A DNA stretch of 38,926 nt from Octopus bimaculoides (lineage: Eukaryota): NCBI RefSeq assembly GCF_001194135.2, contig NC_069002.1, positions 23,609,151 to 23,648,076 of the forward strand, in the 5' to 3' direction. Below the pieces are notes generated by a model. It was not told the DNA's origin, searched no databases, and worked only from the letters and a program-made list of their open reading frames with translations. Of the stretch, positions 1-11,386 are shown piece by piece. Within the stretch, counting starts at the first letter, position 1. Each line of letters begins with the position of its first letter. The position numbers and the translations under genes are program-made.

Positions 1-36
<36 letters not shown>

Positions 37-409
37 TATATATATATATATATATATACATATATATATACATACATATATATATGTATGTATGTATGTA
101 TGTATAAAGTACAGGTGTCACTTTGGCAATCTTTAGTTATCTTATTAAGGGTTGTTAATCAACCAAACTCTGCCGCATGTCATAGCAAACCACTGTAAAA
201 AAACCCAAAAAACCCCAGTTAAGAATTTCTTGCAGCAGGCCCCACCTGGCCCTTGAGTGGCAATTGTGGAATCTACTTTGCAGCAAGTATCTATTATAAA
301 AGTAATGATCTAAGAGATAATTAGACATTTCAACTGTTGCAGCCGATTGGGTTTCCAGTCTGGGTTGGCTCTAAGTATTCATTCTTTTTTATTTGTTCTT
401 GCTTTGAAG

Positions 410-475
410 CAAGTTCTTCAATAATACAGAGGGAAGTATTACCGTTAATCACCAAGATGACAGACCATTGATGCT
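410..475 (+). CDS. Internal exon 1 (in window) of an uncharacterized multi-exon membrane-anchored protein; xKFFNNTEGSITVNHQDDRPLM(L), phase 2->2
   Basis: Pyrimidine tract ttcattcttttttatttgttcttgctttgaAG acceptor, CT|GTAAAC donor, open frame with NNT sequon, phase-compatible with next exon. Confidence 0.6.
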
Positions 476-700
476 GTAAACATTTGTCATGGCTTTATTA
501 ATTCTTCATATCAATTTGTGTATTATTGATGGAAGTCAGTTTGTCAAGATGACTCTTTCATGCCACAGTTTTGTGGTTTTGCATTACTGCTCTCTACTTT
601 TATGTCTGTATAAATCTGTATGCGGGGATGTGTGTGTGTGTATGCATGTGTCAGTGTCTGTGTACATGCATGTGTGCACATGCGTTTGTGTGCACACGTG

Positions 701-735
<35 letters not shown>

Positions 736-883
736 ACGTNNNNNNNNNNGTAGGTGAAGGGGGGGGGGGACACACAGTATGGATGGTGGAAAAGGAGAGA
801 TGAATGGTGGTGTTTGGGGAAGGATTTCTAGAATGGAACTGAAATATGGATGAAAGAGTCAATTCCTTAAAGAAGACAACCGT

Positions 884-1188
884 GGAGGTGCAATGGCCCA
901 GTGGTTAGGGCAGCAGATGCGCGGTCGGAGGATCGTGATTTCGATTCCCAGACCGGGCGTTGTGTGTGTTTATTGAGCAAAAACACTTAAAGCTCTATGA
1001 GGCTCCGTCAGGGGGTAGTGGTGACCCCTGTTGTATTTTTCGCTCCAACTTTCTCTCACACTTTCTTCCTGTTTCTTGAGTAACACTGCGTCCCGTCCAG
1101 CTGGGGGGAACACATATGCCATAGAAACCGGTAAACCGAGCCCATGAGCCTAGCTAGGCTTGAAAAGGGTGACAAAGAAGAAAAGAAG
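884..1188 (+). mobile_element. tRNA-derived SINE (family B, octopus OR-type)
   Basis: tRNA-like head ggaggtgcaatggcccagtggttagggcag...ttcgattccc; 10-bp TSD gaagacaacc (872-881 / 1189-1198). Confidence 0.85.
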
Positions 1189-1199
1189 GAAGACAACCA

Positions 1200-1440
1200 T
1201 TACTTTCCTCTCAACCATCTTTTTGTTTATGGACCCCTTTGAACCCTCATAGCCATTTGGGGTTTAAAAAACCCTATTATTATTATATCTCTATGATCAA
1301 ATATTATATGAAATTGTATTAAAAAATTGTTAATTTTTTATGTGTTGTTGAAGTATAACCAATTTATTGCAGATAAATTTTAACAATGAAATCTTATATG
1401 GACCCCTTAAGGTCATATAGACCCTGTTTGAGAACCACTA
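1200..1440 (+). mobile_element. hAT/Charlie-like MITE
   Basis: Ends in ...tttgagaaccact (Charlie-type TIR); internal sequence shared with 21168-21335. Confidence 0.6.
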
Positions 1441-1659
1441 TTATTGCATGGTTTGATTCATTGCAAAAGCAAACTAGAAGAGTTTGTTTAGTGCTCACAC
1501 TAATTAGAATTCGGTTGAAACAGCTGAATGTCTGATGATGTCTTAGATTTTTATCTTTATAATGAATACCTGTTGTAGATTTGATTCCGCAGAGGGCAGT
1601 CAAGGACCAATTTAAGCTTGCTGCAAGAATCTCTTGACTGTGATTTATTTTCACAATGT

Positions 1660-2330
1660 TTTGCTATGTGACGAGCACAAGAAGGAAAGAGGATTTTAAG
1701 AATGGCATGGATGATGGGAAATCTTTTGTTGGTATCTCACATTTTTGGATATTGGGGGCACAAAAAATAAAATAGAGGTGTTTGGAAGTTATGTCATTTG
1801 TGCCAGGAACAACAGGAACAGGAAAACATTAGTAATGCCATAAAACTATCAAAGAACAATGGCATTCTCTTCATTCTACATTAAAAAAACTCCAGGAATT
1901 TTACAAAGCGAATCCTTTTACTTTCCTTTTCTGATGCCTTAATGGACCTAGTGAACTGGATTTGGATCAAAGTAGATCTCTAATGGGAATTTAATAAATC
2001 ATCCCGTGATCTTGTGTATTTGGATGATGGAGGAACTCAGATTGATGACGATCCAATAAAAGTTGTACATCAGAAAAAAGGTGTTTATGGATTTCATGGA
2101 AAAAAAGAAAAAGGTTTAAACATTTTAATGAACATGAGTTTTATGAAGTGTTTTGAAGCGATCCTAAAATGGAAAATTTCACAATAAATAAATAAATGTA
2201 TAAATAAGTAAATCAATAAAAGGCATGCAATGACAATTTCAATGAAGATCTGTTATGGATCTTGGAGGTAAAAAGAGCTGTTATATTGCTTATCTTGGAA
2301 TAAATGGCATAGGAATATACAGCACCAGAG
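1660..2330 (+). pseudogene. Decayed P-loop NTPase ORF (STAND/nSTAND3-like), frameshifted, with stops
   Basis: Walker A-like GTTGTGK at 1806-1826, followed across frameshifts by AIKLSKNNG, LQEFYKANPFTFLF-DA (Walker B-like) and SSRDLVYLDD; purine-rich coding-like composition. Confidence 0.4.
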
Positions 2331-2534
2331 ATTAAAGAGAAAAATACCAAACAACTACAATAAGAAGCTTAGACGTGGGAAGATAACTAAATACATATAC
2401 ATACCTCTGTGTGTGTGTGTGTGTGTGTGTATAAATATAGGTAGATTGATAGAGAGGGAGAGAAAGAGACACACATACATATACATTCATATATATATAT
2501 ATATATATACATAGACACACATACATATATATGC

Positions 2535-2588
<54 letters not shown>

Positions 2589-2636
2589 GTATATATATAT
2601 ATGTGATGATGATATATATACACACANNNNNNNNNN

Positions 2637-2715
<79 letters not shown>

Positions 2716-3645
2716 TACACATTGGAGCCTTGTGCAGCTCTCTGTCAAACCGTCCAACCCATGCCAGCATGAAAAGCGAATATTAAACAACAATGATGAT
2801 GATGATGACACTCACATGCATGTATACACACACACAAACATGTACTTATATACACATACCCATATATATAACTGTGTTTGTGTGTGTGTATGTGTGTGTG
2901 TGAAAAGTAATGATTGGTTTATGTACAAAATCCATCTTAGCAGTTTGCTGGTATAGTTTCGTTAGAACGAGTTGGAAGTTGTATGGATGAAGAAAGAAAG
3001 ATTGGAAATCAGAAAAAATAAAATTGCGACAGGATTTGGAAAATACTTGTTGAATGTAATCTAGACAGAACGTGCTTATGATGCACTCAAAGAAAGAACA
3101 GATTGCAAAATAATTAGCATGGAAGAACCACCAAGAAAATAAGAACAGATTGTTTAAATTAATCAGAGGAACACAATTATACAGAAGAATTGATTTCTTC
3201 CGATAAGGAATCAATTAGGTGCCAATATGTAAAGGTTGGAGATATTGAAAATCTTTCTGTCAGTTGATATAGCTAAGAAAATGAATGAAATACTTTGTAG
3301 ATATGACTAAAGAATGAAAACAAAATCCAATAAGATTGATGAGACTGATTGAAATGTGAAAGCTAGCTAGAATTTCTTTCTGGTCCTGAGATAAAAGCTG
3401 ACTTAAGAAAGTATATAATTTCTGAAAGAGTTCAGATATTATCCACAAATAGCCATCTTGTTTAGTAGATAATTGACTAAATTGGGGTTAACTAGATATA
3501 GATTATGTAACAAAGCAATCACACAGAAATCATCAATCATTTTGATTTGGCCACTTCAATGTTGACCGTGTCCACTTATGATACACACAGTGGCTATGTC
3601 TCCGTCCGTCTTCTGTCTGTCTCTCTCTCTGTTGATGTTGACCAG

Positions 3646-3684
3646 TGTAAACATCACATTTTCAAGTAGAACTGTTTATGTGAA
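3646..3684 (+). CDS. Internal exon 2; VNITFSSRTVYV(K), phase 2->2
   Basis: ctctctctctgttgatgttgacCAG acceptor, GAA|GTATGT donor; only one frame open; NIT sequon. Confidence 0.7.
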
Positions 3685-4028
3685 GTATGTAACTTAGTGA
3701 TTGGAATGGAGATCAGCTGACTAAGCAACATTGTCCTCCTCCTCCTCCTCCTCCTCCTCCTCATCATCATCATCATCATCATCACCATCATTATAATTAA
3801 CCTTATTGCTACCTACCCCATCATCAACATCACTACCATTACCACCACCACCACTATAACTACTACTGCTACTACCCTCATGCCACCACCATTACTATCA
3901 TTGTTTTTATCCAGGCTTTGTTTCTTTTATTCCTATGCTGTCATGGGTTGGATGAGACGTATTCAGGCCAGTATTTCTGAGCCACCTTTTATTTCTTTTA
4001 TTTCTTCATAATTCCATTAATTTTTATA

Positions 4029-4874
4029 TACTGAGGCTGACAAAACTACCAAACTTTGTGGGTGGAAGGCATCTTGTTCATGGGGGATGTAATGTAAAAA
4101 GACTCAAATGGGGTCAATATTAGCACACATAGTTTGTCCTTCATTATCAACAATGACCAAAGATGTCACATGGGAAAAAGAGACAGGGCAGAGTGTGTCT
4201 AGCTGTGGTTAATCTGTCTGATGTGTGCTTGGAAGGCTCTGCTGCATTTTCATCTTGGAAAAGAGATGGAAGTTTGCAGGTACCAGATCTGGTGAATAGG
4301 GCAGGTGTGGAAGTGATGCTATGTGGATTTTGGCGTGAAACTTATGAGTGAGGAGGGCTCAGTGACAAGGTGCATTGTCCTCCCTCATATGCTTCAAAAC
4401 ATCACACAGTAGAACTCTTGATTGATGGTCTGGCCCTGGGGGATGAATTCTCAATGCATAATACCACATTTCCAGGGGTGACGCTCTTGGTAGGTGTTCC
4501 AGATTGCTCATTGTTTTCCAGGGACATTCTTCCACTTTTGAATCGTCCATGTCACTCGAAACATTGCATACAATTCCTTGTCTCATTGCTGTAAGGTTGT
4601 TGAAGAATGCTCAATGTCTCTGTAGCAGACTTCCCAAGCTTAACACAAGATTTCACATTGGCTCTTTGTTCCTGTCCATGACAAAATGGCGGACTACAAC
4701 ATACACAGGGTTGCAAAGACACAAATTTCACAACTTGCAAAGTAAACACAGTGATGTCACTTGGGACTTTACCTCATGAGGTCACTCCTAGCTCTCACTG
4801 TGCACACAGCCGTGTGCTGCCATCTGTTGGTGCGCTACAAAATTAGTCTGGGGACTTTTTGATACCACCTCATA
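4029..4874 (-). mobile_element. Internally deleted, decayed mariner transposon
   Basis: Minus-strand fragments EQRANVKSCVKLGKSATET (HTH), DNAPCH, PDLVPANFHLFSKMK; terminal gggactttttgataccacctcaTA and degraded left TIR. Confidence 0.85.
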
Positions 4875-4977
4875 CACACATGGCTACACATGCATTTGTA
4901 TACTGAAAACGTTTAGCTGTCACTCCAAAACTGGTATGATTTGGTAGCATGTACCTTGCCTTCTCTAATTGCTTCAG

Positions 4978-5054
4978 GTGCCTGTGTAGTCATGAATGGA
5001 CAGTGACACCTTCTCGAAGCCCTTCACTCCTTGGCTCAGTGGAGTGTTGTGGAT
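4978..5054 (+). CDS. Internal exon 3; CLCSHEWTVTPSRSPSLLGSVECCG(Y), phase 2->1
   Basis: ccttgccttctCTAATtgcttCAG|G acceptor with branch-point-like CTAAT, GAT|GTGAGA donor; phases join exon 2 and exon 4 in frame. Confidence 0.75.
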
Positions 5055-5084
5055 GTGAGAGCAAGAATAAGAGAGAACCACACA

Positions 5085-5240
5085 ATGAGCCCTGGCTAGT
5101 GCTCTTTGTTAGTTGAATAGACTGGAACAGTGTGCAAGGAAGTGTCTTGTTCAAGGACACAATGCACAGCCCCGTCCAGGAATTGAACTTAGGACTTTAT
5201 GATTGTGAGCCCAACATCCGACCTACTTGGCCAGGCAACA
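5085..5240 (-). mobile_element. Partial tRNA-SINE, reverse orientation
   Basis: Reverse complement of SINE head/core (gtgtcttgttcaaggacacaatgcac...gaattgaac). Confidence 0.55.
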
Positions 5241-5987
5241 TTGACATTTATGTGTGTGGNNNNNNNNNNNNNNNNNNNNNNNNNNNNNNNNNNNNNNNNN
5301 NNNNNNNNNNNNNNNNNNNNNNNNNNNNNNNNNNNNNNNNNNNNNNNNNNNNNNNNNNNNNNNNNNNNNNNNNNNNNNNNNNNNNNNNNNNNNNNNNNNN
5401 NNNNNNNNNNNNNNNNNNNNNNNNNNNNNNNNNNNNNNNNNNNNNNNNNNNNNNNNNNNNNNNNNNNNNNNNNNNNNNNNNNNNNNNNNNNNNNNNNNNN
5501 NNNNNNNNNNNNNNNNNNNNNNNNNNNNNNNNNNNNNNNNNNNNNNNNNNNNNNNNNNNNNNNNNNNNNNNNNNNNNNNNNNNNNNNNNNNNNNNNNNNN
5601 NNNNNNNNNNNNNNNNNNNNNNNNNNNNNNNNNNNNNNNNNNNNNNNNNNNNNNNNNNNNNNNNNNNNNNNNNNNNNNNNNNNNNNNNNNNNNNNNNNNN
5701 NNNNNNNNNNNNNNNNNNNNNNNNNNNNNNNNNNNNNNNNNNNNNNNNNNNNNNNNNNNNNNNNNNNNNNNNNNNNNNNNNNNNNNNNNNNNNNNNNNNN
5801 NNNNNNNNNNNNNNNNNNNNNNNNNNNNNNNNNNNNNNNNNNNNNNNNNNNNNNNNNNNNNNNNTATATATAATATCAATAATATAAGACTTAATTTCTT
5901 AAACAAAGTTCAATAAATTTCATCAAATGAAAGAAATGAAGCAGAATGTATGTTAAAATGGATTATGCTTTTATTTCATATCCCCAG

Positions 5988-6063
5988 ACAATTGTTTCAG
6001 TCAAAACGAACAAGATTTACATAAAGAGAACATCATAAAGGTTGAATTTGCACTCATCAGTAG
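5988..6063 (+). CDS. Internal exon 4; NCFSQNEQDLHKENIIKVEFALIS(S), phase 1->2
   Basis: cttttatttcatatcccCAG acceptor, TAG|GTGAGA donor; the other two frames contain stops. Confidence 0.75.
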
Positions 6064-6424
6064 GTGAGATTGAATGGAAAATAAAAATTAACAAAGAGAC
6101 ATTTAAAATATACATACAATTTTTTCTCAGTTATTATTATTATTATTATTGAGATATTTCGATATTCATTCTTCCACTCACAATTATTTGAATCTGAAAT
6201 TGCTGTAATATCTAATATTTCATTTTTGACTTCCTTGCTATGAAATCCAATATATATCTGTATTTAAAAAAACTCCCTAAAGAAAATACTAGTCAAGATG
6301 TATGTGTATGTACGTTCAGAAATAACAAATATGGAGCTATATGTTATTCCAAATTCATATTTAAAGATTTCTTAGTCATCATCTGTCGTGTGAGATTGAT
6401 ATTAACTTCATCTGCATAAATTCA

Positions 6425-6830
6425 CCATCATCGTTTAACGTCCGCTTTCCATGCTAGCATGGGTTGGACGATTTGACTGAGGACTGGTGCAACTGGATGG
6501 CTACACTAGGCTCCAATCTAATTTGGCAGAGTTTCTACAGCTGGATGCCCTTCCTAACGCCAACCACTCAGAGAGTGTAGTGGGTGCTTTTACGTGCCAC
6601 CGGCACGAAAACGGCCACGCTCGAAATGGTGTCTTTTATGTGCCACCCGCACAAAAGCCAGTCCAGGGGCACTGGCAACGATCTCGCTCGAAAAACCCTA
6701 CAAGGCCAGTCAGGCGGTACTGGCAACGGTCACGCTCAGGATGGTACATCTTATGTGCCACCCACACAAGAGCCAGTCCAGAGGCCCTGGCAACGATCTC
6801 ACTTGGCTTGCCGGGTCTTCTCACACACAT
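6425..6830 (-). mobile_element. Young (GAT)n-tailed RTE-3'-end-type retroposon with internal tandem sub-repeats
   Basis: catcatcgtttaacgtccgctttccatgctagcatgggttggacg... tail; near-identical to 12906-13105 and 28560-29010. Confidence 0.85.
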
Positions 6831-6879
6831 ATAAGATATATATATGTGTATGTATACATATATGCATTAGTATGTGTAT

Positions 6880-7440
6880 CATCATCATCATCATCATTTA
6901 ACATCCGTCGTCCATGCTGGCATGGGTTGGACGGTTTGACTGGGCTGGCATACTGGAAGGCTAAACCAGACCCCAGTCTAATCTGGCGTGGTTTTCTATG
7001 GTTGGATGCCTTTCCTAATGCCAACCACTCCAAAAGTGTAATGGGTGCGTTTACATGTCACCAGCACAGGTGGCATTTGCATGACACCAGGGTGTGTTTA
7101 CGTGCCACCAGCAAGGGTGCCAATTTGTGTGACACCGGTATCTGTCATGACTGCAATTTTGCTCAGCTTGATGGGTCTTCTCAAGCTTGACATAATGCCA
7201 ATGGTCTTGGTGATTGCCTCGGTGAGGCCCAACACTCGAAAGGAACTTGGCCTCCTTGAGACCCAATACTTGAAAGAAACACTGCCACCTCACCTCTGTG
7301 AGGCCCAGCACTCAAAAGGAACTCAGCTACCTCGTCTCCGTGAGGTCCAGCACTTGAAAGAAACTCAACCACTTTGCCTCCGTCAGGCCCAACGTTCTAG
7401 AGGAACTCAGCCACTTTGCCTTCATGAGGCCTAATGCTCT
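6880..7440 (-). mobile_element. Older copy of the (GAT)n-tailed retroposon ending in a 42-bp tandem array
   Basis: Same tail motif; about 5-6 copies of gaggcccagcactcaaaaggaactcagc... at 7220-7440. Confidence 0.75.
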
Positions 7441-7506
7441 GTATATATATATGTGTGTGTGTTTGTGTGTGTGTGTGTGTACATATATGCATAAGTATGT
7501 GTGTGC

Positions 7507-7545
<39 letters not shown>

Positions 7546-8479
7546 CTACATATACATGTGTGTATGTTTGTGTTAAACAAGCTTCCTTACAGTTTTCATC
7601 AATCAAATTTCATTTGTAAGATAGTGGTTAGCCTAAAGCTATAGTAGTAGATACTCTCACATGGTGTTTTTTAATGGGATGGAACCTACAACCGAAAGAT
7701 TGGGAAGTGAACTTGTATTCTGCCACCACCACCACCAGACTAACGTTGGGTAGGTGGGGAGATTCTTTCAGAGGTTATTGGACTTTTAACAGTAACCAAA
7801 AAGAAAAGGAAGAATGCTTGTTATATTCCTTGGAATAAACAACAAATGAGATAAACACTTCCTACCATTGTAAAGTACCAAAGTTAAACAAATAAACGAG
7901 ACTTCATTGTTAAAGATACTCTTGGGAGAAATAATAATTCCTCATTATTGACATATCAGTCCACTTTTTGACCAAAACACTAGCCAAAAGGGAGTTAGGA
8001 ATCTAGCAGAGTGTAAATATTTAGAGGACAAGGTTAAATAAAAACAACAGCAACAATAAAAGATGTATTTAGAAAATGAATATAGAGATAATTTGTACGT
8101 TAGGAGTAGTTAAAGTCTATGAGGAACAAGAGAGACAGGAAAGAGGGTGGGAAAGAGGGTGGGAAAGAGGGAAGAATAAAGTTCATGTGATATTCCAGGA
8201 ATCAGGTATCGACAGACATGAATAAAGAGCTAAAAGTAACATAAGTAGAAGTTATAGCAGATATTCTTATTAGGGTTTTCGCAATAAGCTGATATTTATA
8301 TGATTTTTTTATTTTTTCATTTTCCATTGGAGCATTGGATGAGGTGGGAGGGGGCATTACAAGAACAGTTTACAATTTGTTTGGGGATTTGCTAGAAATT
8401 TAAGGGAAAGAAATGGAGGGAGAGTGAAATGAAATAAAAAATACATGTAATATACAAAATATGTGAACATATGAATGCT

Positions 8480-10070
8480 GCAGTCCTTCTGATACAAGAG
8501 AACTGGTAACTGGGATCAATAAAGGAACTCCACATATCCAAGATCACCCTGACCATCAAGGGCATGCACCTCTTGTCCACCTGTTGTTTTCCATTCTACA
8601 GGCTCATGCTTAGGGTAGGTTCATTCAGCCTAACAATCATAGCCTCAGTCATTTGCCTTTTCACAAATTCACTGGGAGGGAGCACGTCCCTCTCCACCTT
8701 CACATCTCTTTCCAAATGGAACTGATGGAAAAAGTCAATGAAGGGTTGACCAAAGAAGGTGTCTTTCCTCAATTCTTACAGACTTATCCACTGCATAACA
8801 TCTTGCATCTCAGCCACTAAAGCAAGACACTCTGCCTGCTCTGCATTATTAATGCTGGATGGGGGAACAATCCTCACAATGGATTTGGCCAACAATCAGA
8901 TTTGTCCTACACATGACAACAACTGTTCAACTTAACTCTACAGGTCAGCAATGCTTGGACACTGCACAAGAATGGGATTCTTGCTGTGTTCACCACATCC
9001 TAGATCCTGAGATTAGAAGAGACAAGTGTAATGGGAATGCTTGCATGGAAGGAACATGATTGCAGCCAGCCCTTCTTGTTGGCCTTATACTCTGACTTAA
9101 GATATTTTGAACCCTCAAGGGAAACCAGGTGAATGTTCTATCAAGGCAGTCTTGAAACTCCTTTTCCAAAATATAGGTTTTGGTTCTCTACAAAAGAATA
9201 CTCTTTCCAAATGCCCTGAAGAATGCCAGCTTTGTTGAGTTTTTAACACTTGATTGTCAGATGTTTTGAAGCTTGTTACAGGTATTCCAAGCTAGAACTT
9301 TCTATGCCAGGAAGATTTTTTTAGTCAGCAATGTGGGGCCCAAGGTATTTGTTGATGCTGATCACCTTGAGTTGTGTGTCATCATTGAAAGAAATTAGCA
9401 AGTGGAATCCATCTTTGTAAATGGTTGCATTGGTTTAGTGGTCAGGGTACTTGGCTTACGATCATAAGGCCGGGAGTTCAATTCCTAGTTGTACATTGTT
9501 GCTGAGCAAGACACTTTATTTCACATTGCCCCAGACCACTCAACTAGCAAAAATGAGTTGTACCTATATTTCAAAGAGCCAACCTTGTCACACTCTATGT
9601 CATGCTTAATCTCTTTGAGAACTACATTAAAAGTATGTCTGTGGAATGCTCATCCACTTTCACATTAATTTCACAAGCAGGCTGTTCTGTTGATCGGATT
9701 GACTAGAACACTTATCGTCATAACTGAGAAAGTGTTTTCAGAAACGGATCTGTCTGCAGCATTCTCAGGGGAATGTTTGCAAATCTTGTACATCCCACAT
9801 TTGATGAGCTGTGAGGGCAAGATCACGATCAAGGTTAGTCAAGGTCAGAGAGATACAGGATTTACTGACCTCTTGATCACTTCTGCTTGACAGTGAGGCC
9901 TTTGCCTTGACCCTAGCATCAAACACAGAACTCAGTCGTGAAGGCCATTGTGGTTTCTGTAGGAAAGACAGAGCAGAGGAGACAATATGTCTGCAGGTCA
10001 GAGGCTGGAGGATGTCTGTATCTATTATCTCAACCACATGACTATTTCTTAGTTCTGCCACACTCCTACA
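8480..10070 (-). mobile_element. Decayed L1/Tx1-clade LINE ORF2 C-terminal region and 3' end
   Basis: Minus-strand fragments HAFVQCPSIADLW, VEQLLSCVGQI, KVERDVLPPSEFVKR and PQWPSRLSSVFDARVKAK resemble Tx1-type ORF2; interrupted by a SINE. Confidence 0.7.
9430..9735 (+). mobile_element. tRNA-SINE (family B-related) inserted in the Tx1 LINE
   Basis: ggtttagtggtcagggtac...gagttcaattcc head; 3' gcaggctgttctgttgatcggat shared with 17744-18046. Confidence 0.7.
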
Positions 10071-10680
10071 TTGGAACTTATCAATAAAGCAATATTAATA
10101 AACTTACAAAATCCTCCAAATCCGTTATGCAAGAGGATTAACCATTTTGTAATACACCTGACTTATTTTTTTTAACTCTGTCTTCATAATTTCTATAATT
10201 TCCATATCATCCAGTTCTTGTTGGCATTTATTGATGTTGGTGTTGTTACTGTTGGTTTGTGATTTCGTTTTAATGGCGTGTGGGTGTTGAATGATGAGAT
10301 GTGACTGTCGGCGCTGTTGGTGGATCTGATGAGCAAAGCATTATTTGAAAAGTTTGGAAATACTTTAAATCTGTTATGCAAGAGATTAACTGGATTAAAT
10401 AATCTCTCCAGATTATTCTACTGAACATTTTCTGTCTGTTTGTCATCTCTGTTGCTACTCTTTCCAATAAAGAATTTCTTTTTTCTCCTTCATTGACCAT
10501 TCTTGGCCTGACATCTGGGATCAGGAGATAGGAGAGCAAAACAATAGTTGTTGTTGTTGCTGTTGATGATGTAGTGATTGTTGTTGTTGTTGTTGCTTAC
10601 ATTTAAGTTAGTGCTTATTGAGCAGATCTATGATGAAAGAGATTCCAACCATGGCAACCTTCTCTTATTCTAATCTCCAG

Positions 10681-11065
10681 GTGTAGCTGTGTGGTAAGAT
10701 GTTTGCTTCTCAACCACATCGTTCTGGGTTCAGTCCCACTGCATGGCACCTTGGGCAAGTGTCTATGATAGCCTTAGGCCAATCAAAGCTTTGTGAAAGG
10801 ATTTAGTTGATAGAAACTGAAAGAAACCTGTCGTGTGTGTGTGTGTGTGTTTGTGTGTATGTGTGTCTTTGCGTTTGTCCCCAACCACTGCTTGACAACT
10901 GGTGTTGGTGTGTTTACATCCCTCTAACTTAGCCGAGACCAATTAATAAGCACCATGCTAAAATCATACGTATTGGGGTTGATTTGTTCAGCTAAAATTC
11001 TTCAAGGTGGTGCCCCAGCATGGCCACAGTCCAATGACTGAAAGGAGTAAAAGATAAAAGATAGC
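10681..11065 (+). mobile_element. tRNA-SINE family C with internal (GT)n
   Basis: gctgtgtggtaag...ggttcagtcccactgcatggcaccttgggcaagtgtc head/core; 3' aatgactgaaa...taaaagataaaag. Confidence 0.85.
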
Positions 11066-11156
11066 CTGGGCCAGCTCTGATTGAGTACATCGATCATAAA
11101 ACAGATTCCATCCATGACCACCCTGTCTTATTCTAATAGTATAATATCCAGTATAA

Positions 11157-11386
11157 GGTGGCGAGCTGGCAGAAACGTTAGCATGCCGGGCGAAATGCTA
11201 AGCGGTATTTCGTCTGCCGTTATGTTCTGAGTTCAAATTCCGCTGAGGTCCACTTTGCCTTTCATCCTTTCAGGGTCGATAAATTAAGTACCAGTTATGC
11301 ACTGGGGTTGCTGTAATCGATTTAATCCCTTTGTCTGTCCTTGTTTGTCCCTCTATGTTTAGCCCCTTGTGGGCAGTAAAGAAAGA
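11157..11386 (+). mobile_element. tRNA-SINE family A
   Basis: ggcgagctggcagaaacgttagc...gagttcaaattcc; ~19-bp TSD agtata(a/c)tatccagtataa on both sides. Confidence 0.9.

Noticed and set aside
884-960. tRNA gene call for SINE heads (also 11157, 17744, 21337)
   Set aside because: tRNA-like heads continue into SINE bodies with TSDs and are not standalone tRNA genes.
6600-7440. CRISPR-like repeat array
   Set aside because: Eukaryotic context; units are contiguous diverged tandem repeats without unique spacers or cas genes.
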